From Podarcis filfolensis (taxonomy: Eukaryota): a stretch of 64,000 nucleotides of DNA. The notes under the pieces are model-generated. The model was not told the origin of the DNA, did no database searches, and was given only the letters and a program-made list of their open reading frames with translations. A program made the position numbers and the translations under genes. Positions 1 to 13,842 of the stretch are shown in pieces. The stretch lies in assembly GCA_964270895.1 (NCBI GenBank), contig OZ185439.1. The stretch is one strand, 5' to 3'. Each line of letters opens with the position of its first letter. The stretch's first letter is position 1.

Positions 1-39
1 AGCCAGAGTGTTGTCACGTGAGCAGAGCAGCGCCACTAT

Positions 40-80
40 GCCAGTGTGGTGTAGTGGTTAAGAGCGGTAGACTTGTAATC
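40..80 (+). mobile_element. tRNA-derived SINE head fragment
   Basis: gccagtgtggtgtagtggttaagagc A-box-like head, truncated; a similar decayed copy is at 8864-8945. Confidence 0.55.
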
Positions 81-3000
81 CAAACTCCTTCTTCTTCTGC
101 TACTGGGTAAGCCATACATATGTGCAGAACATGTACAAATGTGCACCCATAAGCTTTTCAAATTCTGCACACTCACAGGGTGCCCAACCCTAGGGTAATG
201 CTCCCTGTAACTCAGGACAAAATGTGAACCATCTTTTGCAGTGTAATCTTTCAAACCCTGACTTTTTTCAGAAGTTTACATTCTTCTAAAATAATATTCC
301 TTTTCTGAAACATAACATTTTAACCTAGCATTACATTGGGTAGAGCTTCAGTACCACTTCCTTTATACTGCTGAGAGCTCTTTTTTTAAAAAAAACACAC
401 GTGAAACCAGATCCCACATTTCATTTTTAAGACTGTGACTGTTGAGTGTGAACTTTTAAAATTATAGTTGCCTCCATATAAAAATAAGGTCTCCCTTTTG
501 GAAGCTGACCCATTCCCATAAAAGAGGGTTGCTGAATGTTTGTGTCCCTGAGACACAGACCGTACATCTCATCTTTTCAGTGAAAGGAAGGCATATTTTT
601 TCACTGCAGTATCCCCAACGTCATTCACTTGTGCCTTTGTTAGGGTGTGTTTTTTAAAAACGTACATCAAACAAAGCACTATATACTGATTCTCTTTTCT
701 CTAGATGACTTGCCATGTCCTAGGCAAAGCTGGGAAAAGTTCCAAAGCAGGAAATCTGAGAGGCAGCAGATTGGACATTTTTGACCTTCAAGAATATTTA
801 TAGATTTCAGTTATCAGAGGCTCTTGTGACAATTGCACTGTTCTCTCTCAAATAAATTTGCTGCGGTGAACATGGGAAACTTATTCAGAGTTTTCACAGG
901 ACTTTAGAGACAACTTCTTTTTTTAAAAAAAGATTGGCTGAACAATTTTTTTGCAGTGCTGCATGGCATTTTTTTATTGTGGTTGCATACAGTTGTGTCC
1001 TTCCACTGACAGAAGGCTCTTTGATCTAGTGAAGACTTTTGTGCGTGGAAAAGGGGGCTAGAAAGAGATGGTTTTTCCGATTCCCCTTTACTTCTGCATC
1101 TGCCAGGGCCTCGCTCCCAATCTGCTCCAGAGGGTTTTTAGACCCATTGGACAGTGAGGGAGATTGTAGGAGAAAGGGAAAGGTTGTGAAAAGCCTCTGT
1201 CTGGTTCACTCAGTTGAGAGAGACAATTAAATATGGCCCTGTATGTGGTTCCCAGCAATCTCCTCAAGCATCATGTGGATTCCAACCTATTGTTTCACAT
1301 TTCTAGGGACCATTCTCTTGTGCCAGGAGCACTCTGCAATTCTCCTGCCTTATAGTGAGAAGATCGTTTTATTTCCTGGTCATAGGTTTTCTACATTTCA
1401 TGCACACAAACAATTCCTTATATACACTTTATTTTCTTGAGAAAACTCCAGTGTAGGCATGGTCAAGAAATTAAAACTTCTCAGTTACACTGTTTAACAG
1501 TAAAGAAGAATAAATTGTATTACTATTATGACAGAAAAGTGATTGTTAATCTCTTGAAAAGATGCATAATGGCTTTTTTTTTTTTGCTACATTACGAAAC
1601 AAGATTCATATTGCTGACAAACTCCTGCTTTAAAGATGCTCTTAACCCTGCCTTAGTATTGCAAATGAGAAAATAAAGTTGTCTTTCAAGAATTGTATTT
1701 TCTATTCAGTTGGTGCTGTGCCTTAGAGAAGTAGCAGCCTTTGGCTCTCTGTGCAAATTGATGAACTTGGCGTATTCTTAGTGTGCTTTTAAAGCTATAA
1801 ATACTCTTCACTGTTCCGAAAGGAACAGAGAATGTCCCGAGTTTTTTTTCCTTTGCTGCGGTGTCTTTCAGTCTTGGCATTGATAAGTTTCAGCTGTTTC
1901 TAACAACAAATATATTAGATCACAGTTGGGTGACATAGCAGAAGATCTGTAATTAGATCTCTGGGGTTTTGTCTTTTTAACATAGTAAAACATGCAGGTA
2001 ACTTGGATGAGGTTAACAAATAGGGATGCTGGAGGATTTTATTTTTCGTGTCTTCTAATACGAACTGCAACTACCAGGGTAATGTGTCGATTGGTTATCC
2101 TTCAGGTTTTGCTGGTGAAGTTTGTGATGCAGTTCATAGTTCAAAAAATATTGAAGTGCATATTTTAGGATAAAATATATTTGGAAGATGTGGAGTTTGA
2201 GAGAAAATATGCTTAAAATCCATATTTTGTGGTAAAATAATTTCAAAACTACATATTTAAATAAATAAATACCAAATTTCACATGGTTGTATTTTTTAAA
2301 AAAATGAATGCTGGGATCTGTACCAGGGTACTAGGAAAATTAAGGTTCATACATGCTGTGGATTATTACCCAGACTGAAAACCAAACCCCCATACCATAA
2401 AAGCATTTAGAACCTATATAGTATCTGGGGGGGGGGGGCAGCTACTAGAGGTACAAATCAAGAAATTACACAAGGGGGGAAGGGTTAAAAAAGCATACAC
2501 CAATGCCACCCAATCTACTCTAATCTCCCCTCTCCGCTGCTATTATTGTTTGTGTATGTGCGTGTGTGCGCATGCACATGTTTATTTACCTGAGAACCAA
2601 TCATTTCTCTCATCTAGTTGTGCCAGGTGTTTGGTACCATATATTACGTTATATTACAAATGCCTAAGCTAAATAGGTAATATGGCCAAGCTGAATGTGA
2701 TTCTGTCCTAAACTAACTAACTAACAGTATTTGCAGCCCCCTCTTCCTTGAATGACATGCATAGCATTGTGATGTATGTTGGTGAAGGAATAGAGTCCAT
2801 TGTGCTCATTCATGTTTAGATTTGCATGCCATGCATCCAACATCTCTTTCCCTATTTGCCCTCTCGTGCAACGACCTCACAAAAACCATACCAAATTAAT
2901 CTTATTTTTTACCTTTCTCTTGGCTTATCGGTCAAGAGAGAAGGCAGCAGGAATATAGGTATCTGAAAAGTTGCCTATGTTATCTGTTCAAATGTAATAT

Positions 3001-3166
3001 TGGGTTTTTTAATTATTACATTGCTTGTTTTGTTGCTTTATAGGTAGGCTATATGTACGTACGTACATACATACCATGAATTGCAACATATATTACTGGG
3101 TTTTGGATTTTAAAAAAAGATTTGCAACTGTGACTGAGGTTCAGATGTGTGCTGTTTTTTTAACAG

Positions 3167-3256
3167 ATGTGGGAAGAAGCCATTGCCTTGGGCAAAGAAC
3201 TTGCAGAACAGTACGAAAACGAAATGTTTGATTATGAACAACTCAGTGAACTGCTG
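3167..3256 (+). CDS. DOCK1: DOCK1 coding exon, MWEEAIALGKELAEQYENEMFDYEQLSELL (DHR-2 lobe A)
   Basis: taacag acceptor, gtaggt donor; 90 nt, phase 0/0; translation matches vertebrate DOCK1 as recalled. Upstream exons lie outside the window. Confidence 0.95.
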
Positions 3257-3925
3257 GTAGGTTCCTTCTCAGTCCATTGTGAATTAATAAAAACATAAGA
3301 TTGTTTCTAGAATTCCTGTTTTTAAGTTTTACCACTTCAAACTGTTTGGGGCCACTGGAAAAGTTTCCCAACCAGAGAGGCTAATAGGAATCTGAAGACA
3401 ATTTGTGTTAGAGACTTTCACAGTTGGATTGGTGTTTTGTGTCTGTTTCATGAGTAGCATATGTGACACATAGAGGCAAATTGCTTTTGTTGAACAATTA
3501 GGTCATAAAAAATTTGCAGCACATGTCCTTGTGTATGTTCTGTCAGCCCTGTTGTTGAGTTAATTTCATGCACACTTTGAATCCGACAGGTAACAAAAAA
3601 AATGCATTGTTTTAATAATGCTTTTGTTGTTATACATAAAGCCTATTGTACCTACAATGTGTGGGTGATAATTCAGCGAGTGAACTTCCTCTTTCCCTCC
3701 AGCCCTCAAGCCCCACTTCAGCCTCTCAAATATTGTCCAGAGGATCTCCCACATCTCAAGAACTGATTTAGTGGGACTGCATTGGGGTGGCTGCATGAGG
3801 GAGGAGAGGAAAGGCAGGTTTTTCAGTTTGTTTTGCTGATGGAAAGACACTGTTAGATATCTCCATATCTATTTGCTGAAGAGCCCTGTGTGTACTTGAC
3901 AAAACAATTATGGGCTTCTATCAAC

Positions 3926-3962
<37 letters not shown>
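3926..3962. repeat. Compound (CT)n(AT)n microsatellite
   Basis: Direct reading. Confidence 0.95.
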
Positions 3963-3963
<1 letters not shown>

Positions 3964-4233
3964 TCTGAGTTGCTCTCCCATTTAAGAAAGGACTCTGAAA
4001 GCTAAGATCAGACAAAGGTAGCTTAACTGTGTTGGGGGTTTGTTTCTGTTTCATTTGCCTTGCTTTTCATACTTAGCTGATTTTTCTTCACTTTCTTTTT
4101 CTTCTCCCTACACATCAATTCCCCACCCCACCCCACCGCTTTTTGCTTTCTTCCTCTAAAAGTTTCAAGATTTTACTCTTTACCTTCCTAAACATTTCTC
4201 TGCTATATCTCTTTCTTCTTGCTTTTAACAATA

Positions 4234-4442
4234 CAGTGGTACCTCGGGTTACATACGCTTCAGGTTACAGACTCCGCTAACCCAGAAATATTACCTCGGG
4301 TTAAGAACTTTGCTTCAGGATGAGAACAGAAATTGTGCTCTGGTGGCGCGGCGGCAGCAGGAGGCCCCATTAGCTAAAGTGGTGCTTCAGGTTAAGAACG
4401 GACCTCCGGAACGAATTAAGTACTTAACCCGAGGTACCACTG
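4234..4442 (+). mobile_element. Tc1/mariner-type (Tigger-like) MITE
   Basis: TIR cagtggtacctcgggtta ... taacccgaggtaccactg; TA target duplications at 4232-4233 and 4443-4444. Confidence 0.9.
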
Positions 4443-4806
4443 TATCTGCCTTTAGAATTTGTAGAAATAATTTATAAAGCACTGTACTTTTATAATCTCT
4501 GTCCTTCCTGCCTTTCCCAGTTAGACTGTGTTAAGATGTGGAGTTTAAATTCAGTGGATGATATCCAACATTAGTCAAAACCCAGAGTCTCATTGAAATC
4601 AATTGCTTAAGTAGCAGAAGTCTATTTATTTCACAGGGTCTGCTCTGAGTATGACTTAGTTGGATATAATCACCTGTGTCTTACTTGCGTTTTAAGTGAT
4701 ATGCAAATAATAAATATTTTATTATATGATTGGTTCCAAAAAGGAAAATGAGACCTCTGAGAATTGCTGAACCAGAGATAAAGACTTCCAGGTACAGACC
4801 AAAGTA

Positions 4807-5027
4807 CAGTGGTACCTTGGGTTAAGTACTTAATTCGTTCTGGAGGTCCGTACTTAACCTGAAACTGTTCGTAACCTGAAGCACCACTTTAGCTAATGGG
4901 GTCTCCTGCTGCCGCCACGCTGCCGGAGCACGATTTCTGTTCTCATCCTGAAGCAAAGTTCTTAACCCACTATTTCTGGGTTAGCGGAGTCTGTAACCTG
5001 AAGCGTATGTAACCCGAGGTACCACTG
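4807..5027 (-). mobile_element. Second copy of the same MITE family, inverted
   Basis: Reverse complement aligns to 4234-4442; TA TSDs at 4805-4806 and 5028-5029. Confidence 0.9.
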
Positions 5028-5259
5028 TATTTTTGCCAAGTACCTTGAGCGGAGAGAGGGTATTACCTGTCAACTTCTTTTAATATACACGCACTAGTGC
5101 CTTCTCAAACCAGATTGAAATACTTTAATATGTTCACTTGCAGATAACCAGGAAGTGCATGTGTTAGGATTCTAAAGAAATGGAAAATGCAGTTTTAACA
5201 AGAAAATGCTGTCATCTCCTGTTGAAAGATTTTTTTTAACTATATATTTTTCTACACAG

Positions 5260-5364
5260 AAAAAGCAAGCACAGTTCTATGAAAATATTGTGAAAGTAAT
5301 CAGACCTAAACCAGATTATTTTGCTGTTGGATACTATGGACAAGGATTTCCAACATTTCTACGG
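5260..5364 (+). CDS. DOCK1: DOCK1 coding exon, [35 protein letters not shown]
   Basis: acacag / gtaaat splice sites; 105 nt in frame with the previous exon. Confidence 0.96.
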
Positions 5365-7337
5365 GTAAATGATTTCAGCTTTTGATGGGTAACAGATAGA
5401 TGCTATACTTGAAAATGTCATCCTCTTTCAGTGTGCTAAGTTGATGAAATATCCAATACATTTTAGGATCTTTTCTCCCCAAGATGTATTACTTTTTATA
5501 TCTATTTTTGACTTCACAATTTTATTTAGAAGAAGCTTGCTTTACTCTAGATCTCTGCTTACGAATCATATAATTTTCAAATAATTGAAAAGGATGATAT
5601 GGAACCAATGTGCATTAGATGCAAATTACTGATTTTGCAGATGTAATAATAATTATAAAAAATGAAAAATATAGTGACATTTGTTCATACAGATTGAAGC
5701 TCCCAAATCTGATTTGTGATATATTAGATATAACAATAAATAAAATCTAACAATTGAGTGGTTAATTTACTCTCATTTCCCCCCAAGTGAATTCATCCAT
5801 CAAATAGCTACAGAGATCATCAACATTTGCTACTTTTTATGTCAAAACCTGAACAATGGGATTACACTGAGAGAGAATGAACCCAATACAATTTTATAGA
5901 CTCTGAACACCTCATTTTGCTGATTTAGACATAATGGGGAAGTATGCAAATAAGCCTGCATGGGCCCAAAGTGTGCACACTTCCCTCTTACACACTTGGC
6001 TTATTCTAATACATTATAGTTCTCTGAGTTTGGATGTCACTGGGAACTGTGGTTTGTTCGAAAGTGAAAGCACCCAATCTCTTCTTCGTGGGTCCCCAAA
6101 ACATGAGGCTCAGACAAACTCATTAATGTAAGGAGAATACATGGAAGGTCACAGGAGTGAGCCTTAATGAGTGCCACACTGTGAACAGCTTCCCTGCGAT
6201 TCACTACTGGTTCAGAAACAATCACAGCCTCATGCATGACATGCTCAAGACTCTTTGAAGTGCATAGGAATTGGATCATTGGTACAGAGCTGTATCTGAT
6301 TTTAAAGCATTCCCATGCTATGGGGGATAGAGTTTGATAACTCAACCCCACTTTTTACTAAATGCAAGGGAAAACCTAATTTCTGTATCTCCTGGTATGA
6401 GCAAGGCTGCGGCAGCAGAACAAAGTGACATGTTTCTGTGTAAAATTTTGAAAGATAAAGGTTGCATCCATGCATGTGAGAAATGGTCTTCTGCCTGTGC
6501 AACAGGACCTTGCCTTTCTCGGACTTCTGGGACCCCATATTTCGGGGTTGTGGGGTGAGAGCATATCTGAACTAAAAGCAAGACAATGAAATCTATCAAC
6601 TTCCCTGCTGTCTTTACAAAAGCAAGGCCTGTGATTTATTAAGCATTTTGTCACATGCAGACTAATTTGCAATACAGTACACATTTCTCTCTATGGGCAG
6701 AGTTATCTGCTAGTGATTTAGAGTTGCTAAATACAGCTCTGGAGAATTGTTAGGAAACACAAGAGAAGTAGCAAAGCTGTCCTGAATTATTTTACTAAAA
6801 TGGAACTGAATTAGCATACTCCATTTTCTGTATAATCTGTGTAGACAAAGGAATAGAATGCAAAATAAAAGCTCTGTTCTAATCACTGGTGTTGATACTG
6901 AACTGAACTCTTCGCAGGGGGTTCTTTAAAGTGCTTGGATATAGTTTTTCTATTTTAAAAAATAGTTCATTCGTAGCCCATCCTATCCCAAGGCCTATTA
7001 AGCCAAAGAGGATCCTAGTTGGGTTGGGTTATGTAGTCAGATGTGGGCCTTCACGGGTACCCCATTTTTTTCTTGCTCCAATGACAATTGTCCCTTGACT
7101 TCTCAACCCTAATAGTTAACTATTTCCTGTGTCTTTGCCATTTTTTATTTCTATAATCTCCAATCCTGCAGCCACTCTGAAGTCATGGTTCACGTGATAC
7201 ATTTCTTCCACAATAGTTTCCATAATACATAAGGACCATTCCATTTTTTCAGGGAATTTCATTCTTAGCTGAATGGTTGCAGTTACATTTTATTTTACTT
7301 GCTTGATTTAACAAAATTTATATACTACTTGATAGTT

Positions 7338-7339
<2 letters not shown>

Positions 7340-7380
<41 letters not shown>
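7340..7380. repeat. (CA)n microsatellite
   Basis: Direct reading. Confidence 0.95.
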
Positions 7381-7381
<1 letters not shown>

Positions 7382-7777
7382 TAAGCGGTTTGCTGTTGTA
7401 TAGGGAACTGCTAATCATAAATAACTTCCCACAAAGAATGGCTCCCATAAGGGCCCATTTTTCACTATCACATCACAAATGTAACATATGTATTGAGTTA
7501 AAAGCCAATGTTCCCAAACTCAAAATCTTTAAAAAAATAAAATCTTAATGGAAAATTAATCATCCTAATTTAATATGCTCTTGGTGCAGAATTTATTTTA
7601 TTAAGCTTTTAATTTATGTCAGATTTTATCTTCAATTGTTTTCTGGATACTGTATAGTTTCAATGTTTGTAGAAATAGGTTTTTAAACAAATACCAGGTA
7701 TGCTTAAGCAAGATATATGTGGGCTTTTCTAATGGAATCTATAATGTACCCAAATTTCATTATATATTTGTTGATAG

Positions 7778-7919
7778 AACAAAGTTTTTATTTACCGAGG
7801 AAAAGAATATGAGCGCCGTGAAGATTTTGAAGCCAGGTTATTAACTCAGTTCCCTAATGCTGAGAAAATGAAGACAACTTCTCCTCCAGGAGAAAACATT
7901 AAGAACTCTCCAGCGCAAT
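7778..7919 (+). CDS. DOCK1: DOCK1 coding exon, [47 protein letters not shown](Y)
   Basis: tgatag acceptor; 142 nt ending in phase 1; followed by a GTATCCTTT donor. Confidence 0.95.
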
Positions 7920-8097
7920 GTATCCTTTAAATGTGCTCTATTGGTGTGATGGGGTCCCTTCAAAGAATCCACAGACACATTTCCTTTCCTATGTTGTTTT
8001 TGATAACTCTACTGTATGAATGTCCACTTAAGTTGAAATTTTACAGATACATAATTTTATCAGTTTTATCATTACAGTTCTTAACACTGTAATTCAG
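7920..8097 (+). other. DOCK1: U12-type (minor spliceosome) GT-AG intron of DOCK1, 178 bp
   Basis: 5' splice site GTATCCTTT (U12 consensus); branch-like TTCTTAAC at 8078-8085, 12 nt from the CAG; no polypyrimidine tract. Confidence 0.85.
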
Positions 8098-8176
8098 ATA
8101 TTCAGTGCTTCACTGTAAAGCCAAAGCTTGATTTACCATCAAGATTTCACAAGCCGGTATCAGAGCAAATTTTAAG
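8098..8176 (+). CDS. DOCK1: DOCK1 coding exon, (Y)IQCFTVKPKLDLPSRFHKPVSEQIL(S)
   Basis: ttcag / gtacaa; 79 nt, phase 1/2, keeps the frame. Confidence 0.94.
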
Positions 8177-9439
8177 GTACAAATGTCTGGAATTTCACTG
8201 CACCTCATGTAGCAGATACCTGTGAAAGCTTCTGCCATAATAAATATTATAGTCTTTAAGATGCCACAAGAATCTTTGTTGATTTGGCTGCAAAGGAATA
8301 ACATGGTTACCTCTCTGGAAATAATTGCGCTTTATGACTTAATAGGCTGTACCTGATTAAATAGATAACTTGATAAATGACCTGCTAAACTATATACCCA
8401 CACCTTGAGCCAATCCTGTTCAGAAAGGTGAAATATACACCAAGGACATATAATTAAATCACGCATTACATTTTTCATTGTGGTTCAAGCAGAAATGAAT
8501 TTTGGACTGGACACCTTCTCTTCTCTGCTCTCCCCTTACCCTGTTAAAAGCAACGCCTGTCCCAAACTGACTCCATGTGTGCTCAGGATCTCGCTTAACC
8601 TTTCATATGCTCTCTGGGTTGACATTGCAATCTGAGCTACCCAAAGTTTCCAAAGTATTATGATGGACAACCTCCCATAGAAAGAATTAAATGCCACCAG
8701 GGCCCAAACTGAAGGAAACAGTTGCAGTTCATAATCATAGTTGTGGCTCTAACCACAGGGTCTTTGGAGCCAAGGAGACATAAGTAACTACTCTACTTCA
8801 TCCTGCTCCCAAAATGTTTTAAAAGCAACATTTCACTAAGGTATTTATTACTTATTTGAAGGAGTCAGTGTGGTGTAGTATCTAGGCTCCAAATTCCCAC
8901 GCAGCTGTGAAGCACACGTAAGTGACCTTGGACCAGCCACACACACTTTATGTAATCTTCTTTACAAATTGCTTAGTGTGGGGTGGAGATAGGAGATGAG
9001 AATTACACATGCTGCCCTGGTCTTTGTGAAATAAGGGCAGAATGAGATATATAAAGGTGCTTCTTAAGCCAAATGTGTAAATAGCATTTATTTGTGAATG
9101 TGCCAGAAGATCAATAAGTGTGAGCAGAGGGGCTGGTAATTTTCCTTGTGGCCCTATATTTCTGTTATTATTTGCAAGTCTATTCTAAGCCTTTTATCAT
9201 TTGTATCCAACCTTTTAATCAAAAGTTACTTTAATAACCTTTTATTCAGTTAGGACTGGAGCATGCATAGAGGTCACTTTAAATCACTCGGCAGCTGTCA
9301 CTGTGTGGAGAACAATTTCATGCAGCGGCTGGTGATTTAAAGCCACACAGTGGGTTCATTGTGTGCTGCAGTCCTCATTTTAATGTTCATGTGTGTTATA
9401 AGAAAATTTGTATGCAATTGTGTATCTTCCTTCTTTCAG

Positions 9440-9524
9440 TTTCTATAGGGTGAATGAGGTTCAGCGGTTTGAGTATTCACGGCCTGTTCGGAAAGGAGAG
9501 AAAAACCCGGACAACGAATTTGCG
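9440..9524 (+). CDS. DOCK1: DOCK1 coding exon, (S)FYRVNEVQRFEYSRPVRKGEKNPDNEFA
   Basis: ctttcag / gtaatt; 85 nt. Confidence 0.96.
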
Positions 9525-11110
9525 GTAATTTTTGCATGTTAAACTGAGATCCATAATAGCTATTTGGATTCCATTTAGTAATCTTGAAATAAATGCATGC
9601 ATATTTTAGGAGACCAAAATTTTGTTCATGGATATGAGTATTGCCTCTTAAAATGTTATATCCTTACTATAAGAAACAAAAAACACATCCACTTAAAAAA
9701 TACAGGTTTCGGTTACTGAAAGTTGACTTCATTAATGTAAACATTGTAGCCATGCAGATTTAACTTCTGTCTTCTAGGCAGCAATAATATTTTCACAAAA
9801 CCATATGGTTGATCTTTGAAGCCAGTATTTATGTTTCAAATCCTATATATCAGTGGGTGGAATTCAACTACATTTTTGCACAAACACAAGGATTAGCACT
9901 AGTGCAAGGAGATTCCCCCCCCCCCATTTCTATCCCCCAGTCTACTTGAACAGATTTAGGGAGGAGAACTGGAGATTTTTTCATTACACAAGAATAAATG
10001 CTTGTACAGATAGAAAATCTGCTTAGCACCATGTTGAATACAACCCAAGATCTTGAAAGTTTTTTTTTTAATAGTGATAGATGTTATTAAATGATCACTA
10101 AACTCTCAGTTTTGGTTTTTCTAAAGTTCAGATCCGTATTATAGGGAGATCTTAAGCTGTGTTGTGTGTGTAGACCCTAGAGTTGATGCTTTCTAAGGGC
10201 CAAATTGCAGATGGCCTTGAATGCATATTTACATGGCAGGGGAGGGGGGCAAACACCATTTCCTGCCCTTCTGTGGTCCTGAGGAAAATTCATCTTCAGA
10301 AGCTTATATTTGCTTTGGGGATAAATTCCCATTGGCATTGTTGGAGTGTCTCCAAAATTTTCTCCCTTCAGACAAGGAATTTTCCTCAGGACTGTAGTAG
10401 GGGAAGAAAGGATTAAAGTTCCTCTCCATGTCAGCTGGCATTCATTATCAACCTTGCCTCACCTGATGCAATTTGCTGGGTTCTATCATTCCCAGTCAGC
10501 ATTGGCTAATGGTCAGGGGTGGTAGGAGTTGTAGTCCAACAACACTTTAAGGGAAACAGGTTCCCCACCCATGATTTTGGGCTATGACCTTGATAAGCCC
10601 AAAGGAGACTTAAGAAGTTCACCTTCTACGAAGTAGATAGGAGTTGTGAAAACTTTCAACAGTTACCAACTTCCATGTTAGGAGAATATGCTCTGCTGTC
10701 CCACCTTCAGTAATGTACTGCAAATCAGATTACACAGCTATTTATCCAAAGTAATAAAAGTGACAAGATAACAAGAATTGCAAAAACAGATTGCAATGCA
10801 CCCAAGGTAGGGTAAAAAAGGAGAGAGATTTTTAGCACATGCATGCAAGCACATGTGTGCACATACAGAGACTCTCAGAGAAGAAACATAAAGTTGATCT
10901 AGTATGGTAGATGGAAGAGTACTCCAGGCAATCCATGAGATACAGGCAATCCATGAGATTTCTTTTGGTGCATTAAAAAAAGCCAACTTTGTAGTATCTG
11001 TATACTTGCAGCTAGGCTTTTTGTGATAATGGAGATATAAATGATGGGTTAGGATAAAGCCTATCAATCTGCTAACATTCTACTTCAAATCTTTTCTCTT
11101 AAATTTGCAG

Positions 11111-11197
11111 AATATGTGGATTGAGAGAACCATTTATGTGACAGGATATAAATTACCTGGAATTTTAAGATGGTTTGAAGTCAAATCAGTTTTTATG
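11111..11197 (+). CDS. DOCK1: DOCK1 coding exon, [29 protein letters not shown]
   Basis: ttgcag / gtaaga; 87 nt; conserved DHR-2 WIERT and [10 protein letters not shown] motifs. Confidence 0.97.
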
Positions 11198-13842
11198 GTA
11201 AGATCAATTCAGAAGATTTTTACTGAGGTCACTTAATCACATGGCTGCTATTTTTTTATTTAAAAACTGAACGTGTACAGTTTGCTGATCTTACATTATA
11301 TGAATACTGCTTCTGATGTTGATGCTATGGCTTAAGTTCCTGCCCTTCTGCTTCAGGAACCTTTGGCATGGTACATTGTGGTCCTCCTGATCACCATAAT
11401 ATGGTTGACACCACTGGTTAATTTCTTCGTACCATGGCAAATCCAATCTCATTGTAGTGGGTTCAACAGTGAACTTCAAATAAGTCATAAATATTTTCTA
11501 TCTATTATTTTCTAGCAACTGAGGACCAATAGTCCCATACAACACAGTTTGAACAATTATCACAAAAAAGTCCTCCTCAGCTTCAGCTTTGGAGACCCTG
11601 GTGTGATACAACACTTAAAACCTTTATGCATTTTATTGCATTGTGTGTGGTTTGTGTAGTCTCCTTAATTAGAGATGCATGTTGATGTTTATTTTAAGAA
11701 ATTTATTAATTAAAAACACAAACTAGGCAGTTGTAAAAGTCAGCACCGACATCTTATCCATGCAGCATTAAGTCACTTATTTACTTGTTTAATTTGCAGC
11801 TATTCCAACTTTTTCAGTGACTCTAAAATGTTTTGCTGGTGTAAATATTACCAACAAAGGGGACATTTTTTCTATATCTGGAACATACCTTATTAGCTCC
11901 TTGTTCTTTTCCATAGTATTTTTAGATGAAAACATGTAAATGAAAAGTGGCTATACTTTTCAGAATAGTATACACAGCCATCCCCACCTCTTACATGCTT
12001 ATGTGTGACTGTGTATATATGCGTGACGCTAGGAAATAATAATATGTGGTTGCGTGTGAGTCAATCACGCGGTAGTGGGGAGACGCCTGTAATTCAATTC
12101 ATACCCTGATATGGCAGAAGAGATAGGGGGAGTCCTCATGGCTTTGAGGAGACACTCCCAGGAGCCCAAAGAGGACATCAGAGAGGGCGGAGGACGTCCC
12201 AAAGAGCCTAGAGGTGCACCAGGGCTTTGTTTACATACTCAGTCTCTGCGGCTAACAGCTGATGTGTGGGGTAGCAAGGTTCATTCATTCATCCATTCAT
12301 TATATTTTCATGCCACTTTTCCACACAATCATGGTCAGAACAGCTTACAGCAAAGAATCAGGGATGTATTTCAAACAAACACTACTAAAACATTTTCATA
12401 GTAACATAGCTAAACAACAAATATAGTAACCTTCCAAAAAACACATTCCAGTACTATAAATATAACAAAATTACTTAAACAACATGCAACACCCAATACA
12501 AAAAATAACAAGGGAGCTGCACAGTTTCACCTTAATCCTACAAACACCCCTTCCATGATGTTGCTCAGTGTCCCTCTCCTGTAGCAGATTGGTATATTGC
12601 TTCCAAAGGCAAAGGCTGGAGTAGTTGGAAACACCTCTCCCTTGATGGTAGGTTGGGAGCAGAGCGAAGAATCTTGAGCAGTCAGTTATTATAATAATTT
12701 ATTGCAAGCATTTTATGTTTAAATTTTAAACCCTGCTAATTCCAACCTGACACCAGCCACCTGTCTATATTTCTTTGTAGCTCAAAGAAGGGGGGTGGGG
12801 AGTATTAACTTATAATTTTCATATGACTACACACACATTATGCTGTCCAGGTTAATTTGTTTGCATTTGCAATGAAGATAGAGGTAAGGATTCAGATAAA
12901 CATTGACTTGAAAGTTTGAACACAGACAGATTTACATTGTAATAAATCAAGACATAAGCAAACAGCAGAAGAAACTTGCCATTTGCCTATGCTTAGTGTA
13001 AGGAAATCAAATATTAAATACCAGAAGTCTTTACCAAGGCACTCTTAAACTTGTAGCCATGGCATTCGTAGACAGCACTGTCTGATTCAGAGATGACTTC
13101 TCCTTGATATCAAACATTTGTTTCAGAAATGTGCTGTTTGAGAAAGAAGTAGAAGACAGCTTAGCTTCAGTTGGCTGAAAATGTGTGATCTCTTTATAAT
13201 ATCTGTGATGATGGATTAAATAAGATCATTTAATACCCAGAAATACCATTGCAATGCCAAATGATCCCTCAAATCTTATGATACTACAGTTAAACAAAGA
13301 CTGTGGATTTAAAAGAACAAGGTATCCAGAGAACATTGGTGGGTCAGATGCATATATTTTTATTCACAGTATTGTGATTCATTACAGTGATTCAGTACCA
13401 CGTGAGTTTAGACAGTTTTTATATTTTTCCACTAACCTGGAAAAGGTTGTCTGGTTCCAGAAGGTATCCATTACTCTTAGTCATCAGAAGGAGGGCAGGA
13501 AGTGCTGACAGAATTAGGCAATATAAGGCAAGGTGATACGGCAAGTACTACAGTGAGTTCTAGAGGGCTGGAAGACTTTGAGTGAAAGAAACAGCTGGCA
13601 AAACCAAGCAGGATCACAGGAGAGGGAACCAAGAGCAATAAAGAGGAGCTAGATCAAATAAGCTAAGAAATCAGCAGAAGTCAATAATCAGAGATGGTTC
13701 TGGTGCTACATAAGAAGTTGTAGCTCAAGAGAATGTATAAGTATAGGACATTTAATAAATCTTTTGAGCCCAGGATCTCATGCAAATTTAATAGAGATGG
13801 TCAGCAATCCCAAGACTGCTGGCTCAGATTGGTGAAATTTAA

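Noticed and set aside
40-80. tRNA-like sequences here and at the SINE heads
   Set aside because: No complete cloverleaf; these are SINE-derived
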